This document shows positions 1 through 13,019 of a stretch of 64,000 nucleotides of DNA, piece after piece. The position numbers and the translations under genes were made by a program. Origin of the DNA: Octopus vulgaris (Eukaryota); the NCBI GenBank assembly GCA_951406725.2, contig OX597819.1, positions 35,092,001 through 35,156,000 of the forward strand. The letters run 5' to 3'. Below the pieces are notes generated by a model that saw only the letters and a list, made by a program, of their open reading frames with translations, did no database searches and had not been told where the DNA came from. Each line of letters opens with the position of its first letter. Positions within the stretch are counted from its first letter, which is position 1.

Positions 1-1198
1 TGCATTACTTTTCCAGTTGTAATACAAATAAAACAAACCAAGCATCTTTTCAACTTTTCTTCTCCATTTTCTTTTATTGACTTTTTAATTAGATAGATAG
101 ACAGACAGACAGATAGACATGTTTCTTTATTAGCCACACACGGCTGCACACAGACGGGACAGATTACAAAGTAGAGCTTTTCTTTTTGGGGGAGAGAAGA
201 AAAAAAAAGAGGTGGATTAGGTTTTCAATCAAAAGGGAAAGAAGAAAAGAAAAAGAGGAAAAAACCCATCAATAGGGATCAAGTATCACAGTGTCGTGGT
301 GTAAGGTGTAAAGGGGGAAGCAGACAAGGTTTATCCGGGGGAAGAAAAGCCTACAGAAAAGACCATGGTAACCTTGGTCAATGATGTTACATGTTACCAC
401 ATTTGTTTGCAAGTAGGTAACCCTCTGTTTTAAATTTTCCGGGTTCATAGGATTATGCTCAAGGTGGCTTCATCATTCATACATGCCATCCTTGGATAGA
501 TGGATGGAAGGATGGATGGATAGAGGTGCAGGCGTGGCTGTGTGTTAAGAAACTTGCTTCCCAATCAAATGGTCTGGTTTCAGTTCCCCCACAGCGTGGT
601 ACCTTGGGCAAGTGTCTTCTACTATAGACTCAGGCTGACCAAAGCCTTGTGAGTGGATTTGGCAGATGGAAACTGAAAGACACACACACAGAGATATACA
701 TATATACATACATATATATATATGTATGAATGTATATCTGTGTGTGTGTGTTTCTGTGTCTGTATTTGTCCCCTCACCACTGCTTGACAATTGGTGCTGG
801 TGTATTCGCAGCTCCGTAATTCAGTGGTTTGGTAAAAGAGACAGAGAGAATAAGTACCAGGTTTAAAAAACAAAAAAATACAAGTAGTGGGGTCGATTCA
901 GTCTATCAAAAATTCGAAGTGGTTCCCCACATGGGCACAGTCTCTTCAGAGAGAGATAGAGACACTAATTACTACTGACTAGCATACTCTGATAATAACT
1001 TTGTAAAAACAAAGTATCAGTTGTTAAAAAATATTACACACACACACATATACATACATATATATATACACATACATATATACATTCAACGCTAGCATAA
1101 AATTCCAGTCAAATCGTCCAACTCAGGCTACCATGGAAAGCGGGCGTTAAATGATGATTTTATATATATATATATAATCATCGTTTAACGCCCGCTAT

Positions 1199-1665
1199 AT
1201 CATCATCATCATCATTTAACTGGCGAACCAGATGGCTGCACCTGGCTCCAATTTGATCTGGCAGAGTTTCTACAGCTGGATGCCCTTCCTAATGCCAACC
1301 ACTCTGAGAGTGTAGTGGGTGCTTTTACGTGCCACCAGCACAAGGGCCAGTGAGGCGGTACTGGCAATGGCCACATTTAAATGGTGTTTTGCCTGTCCAG
1401 CAGCACTGGCATCAACCTCGCTCGAATGTTTTTTCACGTGCCACCGGCACGGAAGCCAGTTTGCTGCTCTGGCAACAATCACGCTCAAATGGTGCTCTCA
1501 GCGCTCCACTAGCACAGATGCCAGTCATCAAATTTAATTTCAATTTCACTTGCCTCAACAGGTCTTCGCAAGCAGAGTTTAGTGTCCAATGAAGGAAAGG
1601 TACGCATAAGTGGGCTGATTACACTCCTGACATAGGCCACAAGGTTATGGTCTCACTTGGCTTAT
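1199..1665 (-). mobile_element. RTE LINE 3' end
   Basis: Reverse complement of the 3' UTR of the 1714-3396 copy; (CAT)n on +. Confidence 0.85.
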
Positions 1666-1713
1666 CTATATATAAATATATGTATGTGTGTGTGTGTGTG
1701 TATATGTATATAT

Positions 1714-3395
1714 GAGAGCTATGCAAGCCATGTACAGGGACGCTGTCAGTAAAGTGAGGGTTGGCAACAAGTACAGTGAAGAATTCCAGGTAGGGGTCTA
1801 CTAAGGTTCAGTCCTCAGCCCCCTCGTATTTATCATAGTCACCCAGGCAATAACGGAGGAATTCAAGACAGGATGCCCCTGGGAGCTCTTCTATGCTGAC
1901 GACCTTGCTCTAACTGCTTAGTCACTATCAGAACTGGAGGAGAAGTTTCAAGTGTGGAGACAAGGATTAGAATCGAAGGGCCTTAGAGTCAACCTAGCTA
2001 AAACCAAAGTACTAATAAGTAGGAAGGCAGGCAAACCACAAATCCCTTCAGGTAGATGGCCCTGCTCGATCTGTAGAAAAGGCATAGGTAGAAACTCTAT
2101 AAGATGTACCCAGTGTAAGCTATGGACACATAAGAGGTGCAGCAATATCAAAGGAAGGCTAACTGGGAAGATAGTTTTTGTATGTGGCAAATGCTCAGGA
2201 GCAATAAACACTGAAAATGTGCAGAGAATAACTTCCGTCACATTCCAGGGAGATAAACTAGAAGTAGTTGATAGCTTCCGTTACCTAGGTGACCAAGTCA
2301 GTAGTGGGGGAGGGTGTTCTAAAAGTGTAGCTACGAGAATAAGAATAGCCTGGGCAAAGGGCCTCTCGCGCAGAGTAAAAGGTAGACTGTTTGATGCATG
2401 TGTACAAACAGCCATGCTACATGGCAGTGAAACATGGGCCGTGACTGCTGAGGACATGCATAAGCTCGCAAGGAATGAAGCTAGTTTGCTCCGATGTGTA
2501 ATGTCAGTATGCTTACTCGACAGAGTGTTAGTACCTTGAGAGAAAAGTTGGACCTAAGAAGCATCAGATGTGGTGTGCAAGAGGGACGACTGCGCTGGTA
2601 TGGCCATGTGGTGAGAATGGATGTGGATAGCTATGTGATAAAGTGCCACACCCTAGTGGTTGAGGGAACCTGTGGAAGAGGTAGTCCCAGGAAGACCTGG
2701 GATGAGGTGGTGAAGCATGACCTTCAAACATTGGGCCTCACCAAGGCAATGACTAGTGATCGGGACCTTTGGAAATATGCTGTGCATGAGAAGACTCGGC
2801 AAGCTCAAGTGAGACCATAACCTTATGGCCTATGCCAGGGGTGTAACTAGCCCACTTATACATACCTTTTCTTCATTGGACATTAAACTCTGCTTGCGAA
2901 GACCTGTTGAGGCAAGTGAAATCAAAATCGAAATCAAATTCGATGACAGGCATCCGTGCTAGTGGAGCGATAAGAGTACTATACAAGCATGATCGTTGCC
3001 AGAGCAACAAGCTGGATTCCATGCTGGTGGCACGTAAAAAACACCATTCGAGCATGATTGTTACCTGCATCGCCTTACTGGCACTTGTGCTGGTGGCATG
3101 TGAAAATAACATTCGAGTGAGGTCATTGCAAGTGCCACTGGACGGGCTCCTGTGCAGGAGGCACATAAAAAGCAGCATTTGAGCATGGCCGTTGCCAGTA
3201 CAGCCTGACTAGCCCTCGTGCTGGTGGCACGTAAAAGCACCCACTACACTCTTGGAGCGGTTGGCGTTAGGCAGGGCATCTAGCTGTAGAAACTGCCAGA
3301 TCAGATTGGAGTCTGGTGCAGCCATCTGGTTCGCCAGACCTCAGTCAAATCGTCCAACCCATGCTAGCATGGAAAGCGGGCGTTAAACGATGATG

Positions 3396-3396
<1 letters not shown>
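1714..3396 (+). mobile_element. RTE-clade LINE, 5'-truncated and decayed
   Basis: RT motifs (GSVLSP, YADD at ~1892, FRYLG, LHGSETW, LRWYGHV.RM, GRG.PRKTW), repeat-rich 3' UTR and (GAT)n tail. Confidence 0.9.
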
Positions 3397-3443
<47 letters not shown>

Positions 3444-3454
3444 CATCATCATCG

Positions 3455-3502
<48 letters not shown>

Positions 3503-4935
3503 TTCCACCAAACTCACACACATGGCTTCGGTCGGCTATAGCCCAAGGTACCACGCAATGGGACTGAACCCGGAACCATGTGGTTGGGAAACAAACTTCT
3601 TACCACAAAAACACGCCTGCGATACATATTTATATATTTATTATACATACATATGCATACACACACAGAGACAGATACATACATATGTATACATATTTGG
3701 GAAACGGATACTGGAAGACTTGTCATATAGATGTGTTTGTCCCGAGAGCGGGGTGTCCTTGTCATGACATTGCATGATAATTCTAAAATGACTGTCATTG
3801 TCATTAAAGCGGTACCATTCGATTCCAGTCTTCTTTAAAAACACGTCCCATGGAGGAGAAACATTACATTGCTTGGAAACAAGAGAGGGTTGACAACAGG
3901 AAGGGTAATCTGAGGAAAATCTGCTTCGTTGAATTCTGTTTGAGCCATGCGCGTAAGGAAAAGTGGACATCAATAATAAGATGCTAATGACCATCATTCA
4001 CTATTTTAATTTTTGTTACATCACGCCGTGTAAGCGCCAAAACAGATAATTTTCAAATTAAAAATAAGCTGGCTGGCTTGATTCCTTGCACATGCAAAAA
4101 AGTATTCAAAAACGTTAAGAGGGGACAAAGTCTCGGGAACGAGGGATTAGAGTTAGGTCTCAGGTTAAGATAAGAACTAGGGGTTAGGGCTTACGGCTAG
4201 AGTTTAAAGTTACACTAATGATCGCAAATTATTTTTAAATTCCAATTTTTTTTTAAATTTTGGTTTTAAATGACAGTTTAGCTGCTGTTTCACATTTACA
4301 TCCTCGGATGCTACGCTTTTTCTAACACCGTTCCATCCATGAACAAGCTTTTTGTTTGTTTGTTTGTTTGGGTTTTTTTTTGCATAACCTAAGTGCTCTC
4401 TGTTTCGGACCTTAAACTAAACTCTGGGATACAGTAACTATTGTTAAAATATCCGAAAATATAAACAAATATCTGTTTAGTAATATTTAAGGTACATCTC
4501 TGTGTGTGCAGTGAAGGAAATGAAAAAGAAAATTCTAAGACGCGATTATTATAGAAACATGTGAGTGTCTGTGTATATGTATGTACAAATAAGAAGATGG
4601 TTATTATTCAAACACAAATTGCATGCTTGTCGAGGGTGCAGTCGAGCAATAAAATTTAGATATAGAAAAGAATATCCTCGTCGTATTGTATATAGTTCGG
4701 AAAACATTCAAACATTAATCAATTTAACTTTTTTTTTTTTTTAACATTAAAAATAACTTCTTTTAATTTTTTTATTCTAATATATTATTATCGTTAGTTG
4801 TACTTCAGAGATTATTAAATAGCTCTAAGCAAAAAAAACTGTTTTCGATTTTTCAGTCATTGACTATACATACATATTGTTTGCCTTTATAAGGAGGCAC
4901 TGAAAGAGTGGAAGAAATGTAATACTTTAACTTAC

Positions 4936-5076
4936 CAATTCTAATTTGCAATCATAGAATAAAAATGTGCACATGGGCCGAGTGGTTTTCAGGAAAAAAT
5001 AGGTGAAACATAGCAATACATTAAAAATGTAATGAGGGACGAGGAAAGATTTTGCTGTTTCAATAAATCCAGTCAT
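4936..5076 (-). CDS. TMX2: Thioredoxin-related transmembrane protein 2, first coding exon (rest of gene lies left of the window)
   Basis: Minus strand ATG at 5076 reads MTGFIETAKSFLVPHYIFNVLLCFTYFFLKTTRPMCTFLFYDCKLEL (141 nt, phase 0), then a GTAAGT donor at 4935. Resembles the recalled TMX2 N-terminus (PYY..N.LL...Y...K....C..L....C.L/FD, just before REVEIL). Confidence 0.8.
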
Positions 5077-5136
5077 TTTTTTTTCTCGGATTTCACTAGC
5101 AACCGGTGAACTGAGAGGAATTCAAATAGAGTTACC

Positions 5137-5153
5137 TCACCTTGCCATCTTTT
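5137..5153 (-). promoter_or_regulatory. YY1-like motif (AAGATGGC) overlapping a minimal uORF (ATG GCA AGG TGA) upstream of TMX2
   Basis: Minus strand aaaagATGGCAAGGTGA; this ATG at 5148 is 72 nt upstream of the TMX2 ATG. Confidence 0.35.
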
Positions 5154-5960
5154 CGTTACAACGAAGTATTTGAAATATTCGGCAAAGACTAAAATTCGAG
5201 ACTTGAAAGATGTATCCCAATCATGGGCAACCTGCCGCCTGCATGGACTTTCCGAATGGCGCGCTTAAAGTAATATTCTTTTTTACTCTAGGCACAAAGC
5301 CCGAAATTTTGTGGGAGGGAGCCAGTCGATTAGATCGACCCCAGTATGATACTACTGGTACTTAATTTATCGACCCTGAAAGGATGAAAGGTCAAGTCGA
5401 CTCGTCAACACGTTTGGATTTTCCGAAATTCCTCTCCACACCTTCAGATTTTTTTTTTCTTTTAGTTTCTGATATAATCGGAATCGACACCATCAGGCAT
5501 ATTTGTGGAAAATTTCATTGGAAAATTTCCATTTTTCTGGAAGTTATGCGGAAACAAAGTCAGTGGGTGCCCAATTGTGTATGTATGCCAATCTTTTATT
5601 TAAGCTGTTACAATGGAATTAGATAGAAACTTGGCTACTATTTCTAGCAGTTTGAACGGTCACGTAGAAACTCATTTATTGACTCGTATCGTCCGACAGT
5701 AGCAATTAGGGAGGTTGTTAGCTGTGACCTTTAAGCTGGGCAAATGCAAACATTGCTGACAAGTCTATAACTGACAAATGAAACTATTCTAGTCCAGTGC
5801 CCCTAGCTTCGCTCATAGGGTAGTAATCTCCCTTGTCAGTGTATATATATTATGCGCTTCATACAGCATTAAGGGTTTTAACTCTTATTTCTTGAAATAT
5901 AAGTGCTAGTCAGCACCCTCAGTCACAAGTAGTGGTGATTAAAAATACGTATATATATAT

Positions 5961-7003
5961 AGCAAAATAATTGAGATGCAGATGAATTAGGTACTTAAGT
6001 TGAGGCAGCAAAAATTAGTGCAGTATTGTCTGTACAATTTCAAAATAAGGTGAATAAAATCAAAATAAGCAACAAGATATCCAGAGGTGATGCAGTACGA
6101 CTGTTTCAAGCAGCTCCATTTAATTGAACAATGCAATCATTACATCAATTTAAATGCAGAGCTATCCTCAGCTGCATAAATAAATAGAATTAATTCAAAC
6201 AGTTGGACACATTTGTATAATTTGACTTAAATCCTCTAAAAGGGTAAGAAGTCAGACAAAGTCCATGCTGTTTTCACTTCAGCGTAGAAGCTACTAAGAC
6301 GTCAGGAAAAAAGGGTTCTAGCTTGTCACTGATTTTTGGGGATGGTTTTGATTTATAGTCATAACTATAACTGGTAACTTTATATATATTGGATGTTCGA
6401 TTAATATGTAAAAACGTATTTATAATTATTTTTCCTCTTTTAGACTTAAACATATGTCATTATCTAGTAAGATTTGGGAACTGAAGGAAAGTTGAATTGA
6501 GTTTAGCCTTAAATGGGAAACAATAAGAAAAGCGCAGCCCTATAGAAATAGTAGATACGGGTGCGAGCTGTGTTCTATGGAAACATGAGATTTTTAAGCA
6601 GAAAGACAAGAGCAACCTGATTAACACTAGATTAGACCTTAGGATATCAGGCATACATAGTGTCACCCGTACATTTAAATATTTTTGAAATAAGCGGTTT
6701 ATAGGTGTTGTGCTTGAATTGAATTGATGGAAACTAACTTATAATATTTTTAGTGTTGGATCTCATTATTCTTACCCTCTAGTTCTATATATATATAGAA
6801 TGTGTCCTCGTGTGTACCGTTGGCGATGTTTTTCCTCTGTCTTCCCTTCTCTGTATCTTTCCTTCTCCTATGTTTCCAACGAAGAGCTCCGCTCGAAACG
6901 TTAAACCCTCCTCCTTTCCTTCTTTCCTGAGCGTCCAATAATACTATATTTGTTCCACGTCCTTGCGTTGTTGTGTTTTTTTTGTGCTTTCTTGTTTGGA
7001 TTA

Positions 7004-7036
<33 letters not shown>
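5961..7036. mobile_element. Penelope-like element remnants between (TA)n tracts
   Basis: + strand ~6444-6690 reads LKHMSLSSKIWELKES*IEFSLKWETIRKAQPYRNSRYGCELCSME..NLINTR (PLE GIY-YIG C-terminal LS..IW.LK..W..C.LC..E pattern, with stop and frameshift); hammerhead motifs on both strands. Confidence 0.7.
6090..6177 (-). ncRNA. Type I hammerhead ribozyme (Penelope-like element associated)
   Basis: Minus strand AUGCAG-CUGAGGA-long stem II (UAGCUC/GAGCUG, CAUUUAA..UUGA/UCAAUUAAAUG)-CUU-GAAAC-AGUC-GUA^CUGCAU; 6-bp stem I, complete core, GUA triplet. Confidence 0.75.
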
Positions 7037-7038
<2 letters not shown>

Positions 7039-7170
7039 TAGGTGATATTCAGTTACATGAGGAATTAAAGTACATTGCATATAATATAAGCTATATAGTC
7101 ATATAGTAAGTTAGTGTGCTACTTGAAGTTAGTATACTATCCTATGAATATTCCTGCCTAGTTAGTCTAA

Positions 7171-8536
7171 CTTCATCATGGTTTTAGTAATTAATCTATT
7201 TATCCCTTGCTATAGTCTTCCACCCTCTTGATCATATTATTATTTTTATAAAAGCCTTTATGTAAGAAGCCCTCCTAATTAAGTACCCCTAAGCAACTAT
7301 ATTTATCATGTATGTTTTAACTCTATAAGCTTTTAAAACTTATATTACACCTCTCAGTTTATAATTAATATATAATTAGCATGCTCTATAGCCTCAATAT
7401 TCCTCTAGTAAATACTGGGTATCAGTCTTTATAGATACCACTTAATAACTAATAAATAAATAATTTAGTTTAAATGATGGAATTACTAAACAAATTCTAT
7501 ATAATCTTCTCTTTTCTATTGATGATAATAAAGTATATATACTTCATCATGGTTTTTAGTGATTAAACTATTTATTATTTTCTATGGTGTTCTGCCCTAC
7601 TGATCATATTATTATTTTTATAATAGCCTTTATGTAAGTAAACCTAATGTTTGTACCCCTAGAAATTTATATTAGCTTATATATAACAGCACCGGAAACT
7701 CCACAGCTTAAAATATACCTCTTAGATTATAATTATATAGTTAGCATGTTCTATCGCCCCATTATTCCTTTATTAAATTGTCAGTAAATGCAAGCGATCA
7801 ATCTTCAAAGATACCACCTAATAAGTAAATATTTAAGTATGAGAAAGTGCCACACCCTAGCGGTTGAGGGAACCTATGGAAGAGGTAGACCCAGGAAAAC
7901 CTGGGATGAGGTGGTGAAGCAACCTTCGAACTTTAGGTCTCACCGAGGCAATGACTAGTGACTGAGACCTTTGGAAATATGCTGTTTGCGAGAAGACCCA
8001 GCAGGACAAGTGAGACCATAACCCGTGGTCTTTACCTGGGATGTAGCCAGTCCATTTATGTATACCTTTTCTTCTTGGGACACAAAACTGCTTGCAAAGA
8101 CCTGTTGAGGCAAGTGAAATAGAAATCGATCAAAAATCAATGGAAATTGTAGTTGTGATACCAGTGCCGGTGGCACGTAATAGAACCGTCCAAACGTGGC
8201 CTCGACTGGCCTCCGTGCCTGTTGCATGTAAAAATCACCAACCGATCATGGCCATTGCCAGCCTCGCCTGGCACCCTTGCCGGTGGCATGTAAAAGGCAC
8301 CCACTACACTCACGGAGTGGTTGGCGTTAGGAAGGGCATCCAGCTGTAGAAACATTGCCAGATCAGACTGGGCCTGGTGCATCCTCCTGGCTTCCCAGAC
8401 CCCGGTCGAACCGTCCTACCCATTCTAGCATGGAAAGCGGACATTAAACGATGATGATGATGATGATGAATAAATATTAAACTAATTCTATGTAATTTTT
8501 TTCTCTGTCTATTGTTATAAATTTTGGTATATACTC
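7171..8536 (+). repeat. Diverged ~370-bp tandem duplication, second unit split by an RTE
   Basis: CTTCATCATGGTTTT..GATCATATTATTATTTTTATAA..GCCTTTATGTAAG at 7171 and 7542; the end of unit 2 resumes at ~8470. Confidence 0.7.
7840..8468 (+). mobile_element. RTE LINE 3' fragment
   Basis: [24 protein letters not shown], conserved GTTGGCGTTAGGAAGGGCATCCAGC motif, (GAT)n tail. Confidence 0.85.
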
Positions 8537-8961
8537 AAAATTATTCAAAAATTTATCATTTTGGTTTTAATATCTTATTAATGTTTTTTTGAATACCCTA
8601 AATTTTATCTTTATACAATATAACAATATTGTTTAAATCATTCAACTATAGTACCCCATGATAAAAATATCCCCTGTTTTATCATCATTGCCCTTTCAAC
8701 TGGTAATTAACAGCTTGATTTAAGATCTTCCTTTACCAAACCTCATTAACTAGCATGGAAAGCAGACATTAAACAATGATGATGATGATGATGATTACAT
8801 GTATGTGCTGGACGTTAGGTCACTTTCATGAAATTGACAATACTTGAACAGATGCACAGTGTACCATTCATCAGATGTCAAAGTGTTGCAGAGCAAATGA
8901 ACCCATGATCTGGTAATCACGAGTGCAACACTCTAATCACTGGGCCATGCACCCTTACCAT

Positions 8962-9007
<46 letters not shown>

Positions 9008-9039
9008 ATGCGAGCATGCGTAAGTGTGTGTGTGTGTGT

Positions 9040-9181
9040 TAAAAAGGAGGTAGTCAAAATTTTGAGTAATTATTTTTAGTGTTTTCATCTCATTCATTTC
9101 TGAGACTCATCAGAAATTATTTTTTTTTACAAAAAATTAATGCCTTTTATATAAATCTGGAACAGAATTCTTCTTTTGTTA

Positions 9182-9215
<34 letters not shown>

Positions 9216-9890
9216 TGTGTGTGCATACGTGTGTGTATTTATGTGCATGCATGTATGTGAGCACAAATATGTGGGTAGTGAATTTTTGGAGGCTTTGTTA
9301 AAGGCAGATAAAAGAGAAAAAAGGAGAAAAAGAATAGAAGAAAGAGAGAAAAAGAGGGTTGCTTTTTTTTTTCTGAGATGGTTTGTATTGTATTTTCATG
9401 GTCAGTTGCTACACAACTATTTGAAGGTAATGACAGTTCAGGATGTCAATCTTGTTTTATTATTTTGAAGGCATCTCTCTTTTCTCTCTCTCTCTCTCTT
9501 GTTCTCTATGTATGCAGGTATGTGTGGTGTATGTGGTGAAGTTTTGGAGGCTTGGTTAGAGGGAGAAAAAAAGAGGGGAAAGAAAAGGAAGAGAGAAAGA
9601 AAGAAAGGAAGGAAGGATGAAGAAAAGAGAAAGAAAGAGGTCTGTTTTTCTCCTGGAATGGTTTAAGCTGTATTCATATGTATTCATGCACATAAGTATG
9701 TGTGCATACACACATGCATGACACACACACATATATATGCACACATATAGATAACAAAATAACATTCTCTTCCAAATTTATATAAATGGCATAAATTGTC
9801 TGTAAAAAAATTTCTTATGAATTTCAGAAACAAACAAGATGAAAGTGCTAATAGATAATCATCCAAAATTCTGACTACCTCTTTTTTCTT
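9040..9890. repeat. Diverged foldback: inverted arms ~9040-9270 and ~9672-9890 enclosing a direct repeat
   Basis: GAGGTAGTCAAAATTT..TTATATAAAT..TTTTGTTATCT recurs on the opposite strand; TTTTGGAGGCTT..ATGGTTT recurs at ~9284 and ~9542. Confidence 0.7.
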
Positions 9891-9930
9891 AATATATAAA
9901 AACTGTACCCTGCTTCAAACAATATATATT

Positions 9931-9976
<46 letters not shown>

Positions 9977-11037
9977 CATTACTGTTTGATCAAGAAACTT
10001 GCTTCCCAACTATGTGGTCTTAGATTCAGCTCAACTGCACAGCTCCAAGGAACAAACAAAGCCTGGTGAGTGAATTTGATAAATGGAAACTGAACTAAGA
10101 CTGTTGTGTGTGTGTGTGTGAAGGTGTATGACCTGCATTTAGGTATTCAGCTCATAATCGTATGATTGTGAGTTTAGTTCCTGAGCCAATGCATTGTGCT
10201 CCCGAGTAGAGTATGTCATTTTAACTTGCTCCTCTCTACTCACCTGTAAGTAAATGTGTCAGCCAAGAAGAAGGCTGGTGTAACTCTCTCTTTCCATCCA
10301 GCTATCATAATTAAGGTAGTGTCTATATTAGCTCATGATTATATAAGCAAAAGCATGTTACCAAACCATACTAGCTCACAAGTGATGGCTGGCTGTACTT
10401 TTACATGTAGGCACAGAATGTTCACTTTGCAACCATGAAGTTCTGGGCTCAATCTCCCTGCATGGCATTTTGGGTAAATATTTTTCTACAGCTTCAGGTC
10501 AACTAATATTTTGTGAGTGAAACTGAGAAGGCAGAAAATGTATACCAATTTGTTAGTTAGATTCTACTTGTGATTGAAGGTAGAATCACAGAACACAGCC
10601 TAGTCACATGCTGTGTCATGCTGATTCTGGCAGAGAATATGTTAAAGCTATACATGCCTGTGGAATGCTCAGCTACTTACACATTTAATTCAAGAGAAGG
10701 TAATCCAGTTGATTGAACAACTGAATCCTCATTGTTGAAGAAAAGGAAATCCAGCACCATTGTATATAGTGCTTTTGTATCACTCACATAACAAATAAAA
10801 TATTTTTCTTTTTGTGTTTTTTTTTCAGAGTAGAAATAATTATTTATGATTCAATGTAAAGGGTAATGGTTCAAATCCAGCAAAAGACAAATATTCTGTA
10901 TTGTGTTTATGAAAAAGGTTGTATCAATTTTCAATGTAAATCATAGAATGAAGGTTCAAGTATAGTTAAAGACATGTGTTTGGTTATCTTAATAGCAAAT
11001 GTTGGTTTCAGCTTCATGAAGCAAAACCTCATCAATT

Positions 11038-11086
<49 letters not shown>

Positions 11087-11118
11087 TATATATCCTTCTA
11101 TGGACTCATCCTTTCTCT

Positions 11119-11154
11119 CTTTCTGATGAAGAGCTATGCTTGAAACATTAAAAA
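11119..11154 (+). ncRNA. Minimal hammerhead motif, probably partly decayed
   Basis: CTGATGA-A-GAGC-TAT-GCTT-GAAAC-ATTA-AAAA. A related copy at 6872-6906 reads CCAACGA-A-GAGC-TCC-GCTC-GAAACGTTA with a mutated core. Confidence 0.5.
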
Positions 11155-11531
11155 CCTACCCTTTTTTCTACTTTTACCAAGCATCAAACTAATACATATA
11201 TTTGATTGCTAATTTTTAACTTTTAATGTTCAATTTTACTATTACTACAATTTTTTATAAATAAGCATGTGTGTTTGTTTTACTTAAGAAGGAAAAGGCT
11301 GATGGTGACTTCAAAATTTCAGCACATTTGATGAAGGCAAATGAGCTGATATACAATTGAACCAATATGTTGGAGTTATTGACAATATTTTGGACAAATG
11401 ATCTTGTTGAGAAACATGTCAATGATTGTCACTGTGCTTCATTAAATCCAGCTAATTAACTAATTTGAATAACAGATGATGTGGAGTGACAGGTGAAGTG
11501 TAATACTTTGAAATTTTCATCTATAGTAAAA

Positions 11532-12145
11532 TCATCATCATCATTTAACGTCCACTTTCCATGCTAGCATGGGTTGGACGATTTGACTGAGGTCTGGCAA
11601 ACCAGACTCCAATCTGATCTGGCAGTTTCTACAGCTGGATGCCCTTCCTAACGCCAACCACTCTGCGAGTGTAGTGGGTGCTTTTACGTGCCACAGGCAC
11701 GAGGGCCAGTTTGGTGGTACTGGCAATGGCCATGCCCAAATGGTGCTTTTTATGTGCCACCTGCACAGGAGCCAGTCCAGTGGCACTGGCGACGACCTCA
11801 CTCGAATGTTTCACGTGCCACCAGCACAAGTGCTAGTAAGGCGACGCGGTAACAATCACGCTCGAATGGTGTGTTTAACGTGCCATTGGCACAAAGGCCA
11901 GCTTGTTGCTCTAGCAACTGTCTCACTCGTATGGTACTCTTAGTGCTCCACTAGCAACGGATGCCAGTCACCGAGTTTGATTTTGACTTCAATTTCACTT
12001 GCCTCAACTGGTTTTCGCAAGCAGAGTTTAGTGTCCAAAGAAGAAAGGCACGCATAAGTGGACTGGTTACACCCCTAGCATAGGCCACAAGGTTATGGTG
12101 ACACTTGCGCTTGCTGAGTCTTCTGCAGCACAGCATATTTCCGGA
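11532..12145 (-). mobile_element. RTE LINE 3' fragment
   Basis: Same 3' UTR motifs on -; (CAT)n on +. Confidence 0.85.
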
Positions 12146-12641
12146 GGTGACAAAATAGTGATCAAAGGATTCTATTGGTGCTACCCTAGCTATTAATGAA
12201 CAGATGATACAATTAAAAATTCTTTCCTGTTTGCTGCAGTTTTCTTAAACTTAAGAATAATGGGAAAGTTGAGAAAGTCTTTGTGATTCCATTCCTTACA
12301 GGAAACTTTTGTTTAACTTATTGTTTTTTTCCCTTTCATTCTTTATTTTTATTACTAGCATACCCATGTTGGCAAGAATGCTGACAGATTAATTAATGAT
12401 AGAAAATGGCATATCATTACAATGGGGTAAACTATTAATAATTGTCAACAATCTAGTAAATATATGTACATACACACAATTGAAACACTTGAATAAGATT
12501 TAATGTCTCGTTTGAACATATCATCCACATAATGTATGGTTGTACACACACATACACACATATGTATATATATATATACATACATACATACACACACACA
12601 CACATATATACTTATTTTATAGACATTCTTGTCCCTCTCTT

Positions 12642-12674
<33 letters not shown>

Positions 12675-13019
12675 GTTTATATGTATATATACATATATGT
12701 TTACATATATATATGTTTATATATATGTATATATGTTTATATATATATATATATATAAAATTAAATAAGGGTAGAAATTGATATTAATCAATTAAAACCA
12801 GTGGCCTAGCATATTTTTTTTTAAATTTGAAGATTAAAAATTTTTTACATACAAAATTTAGAGGACTGACCACTAAAAGTGGACAGTCCGTATGCTAGAT
12901 ATAGACGTCAAAATCACCATTTTCCACAAAGAATGTGTTCTGAAGAAAAAATTCAGCAAAAAACCAAAGTGTAAAAATAAGCAAGACAAATGAAAATATA
13001 TGAAATAAAAAACGATTAC

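Noticed and set aside
4147-4205. Degenerate TTAGGG-like tract as a telomere remnant
   Set aside because: Only one exact unit; more likely a decayed MITE-internal tract
9097-9118. CTGATGA..GAAA on - resembling a hammerhead
   Set aside because: No stem II or cleavage helix; it is just a short palindrome
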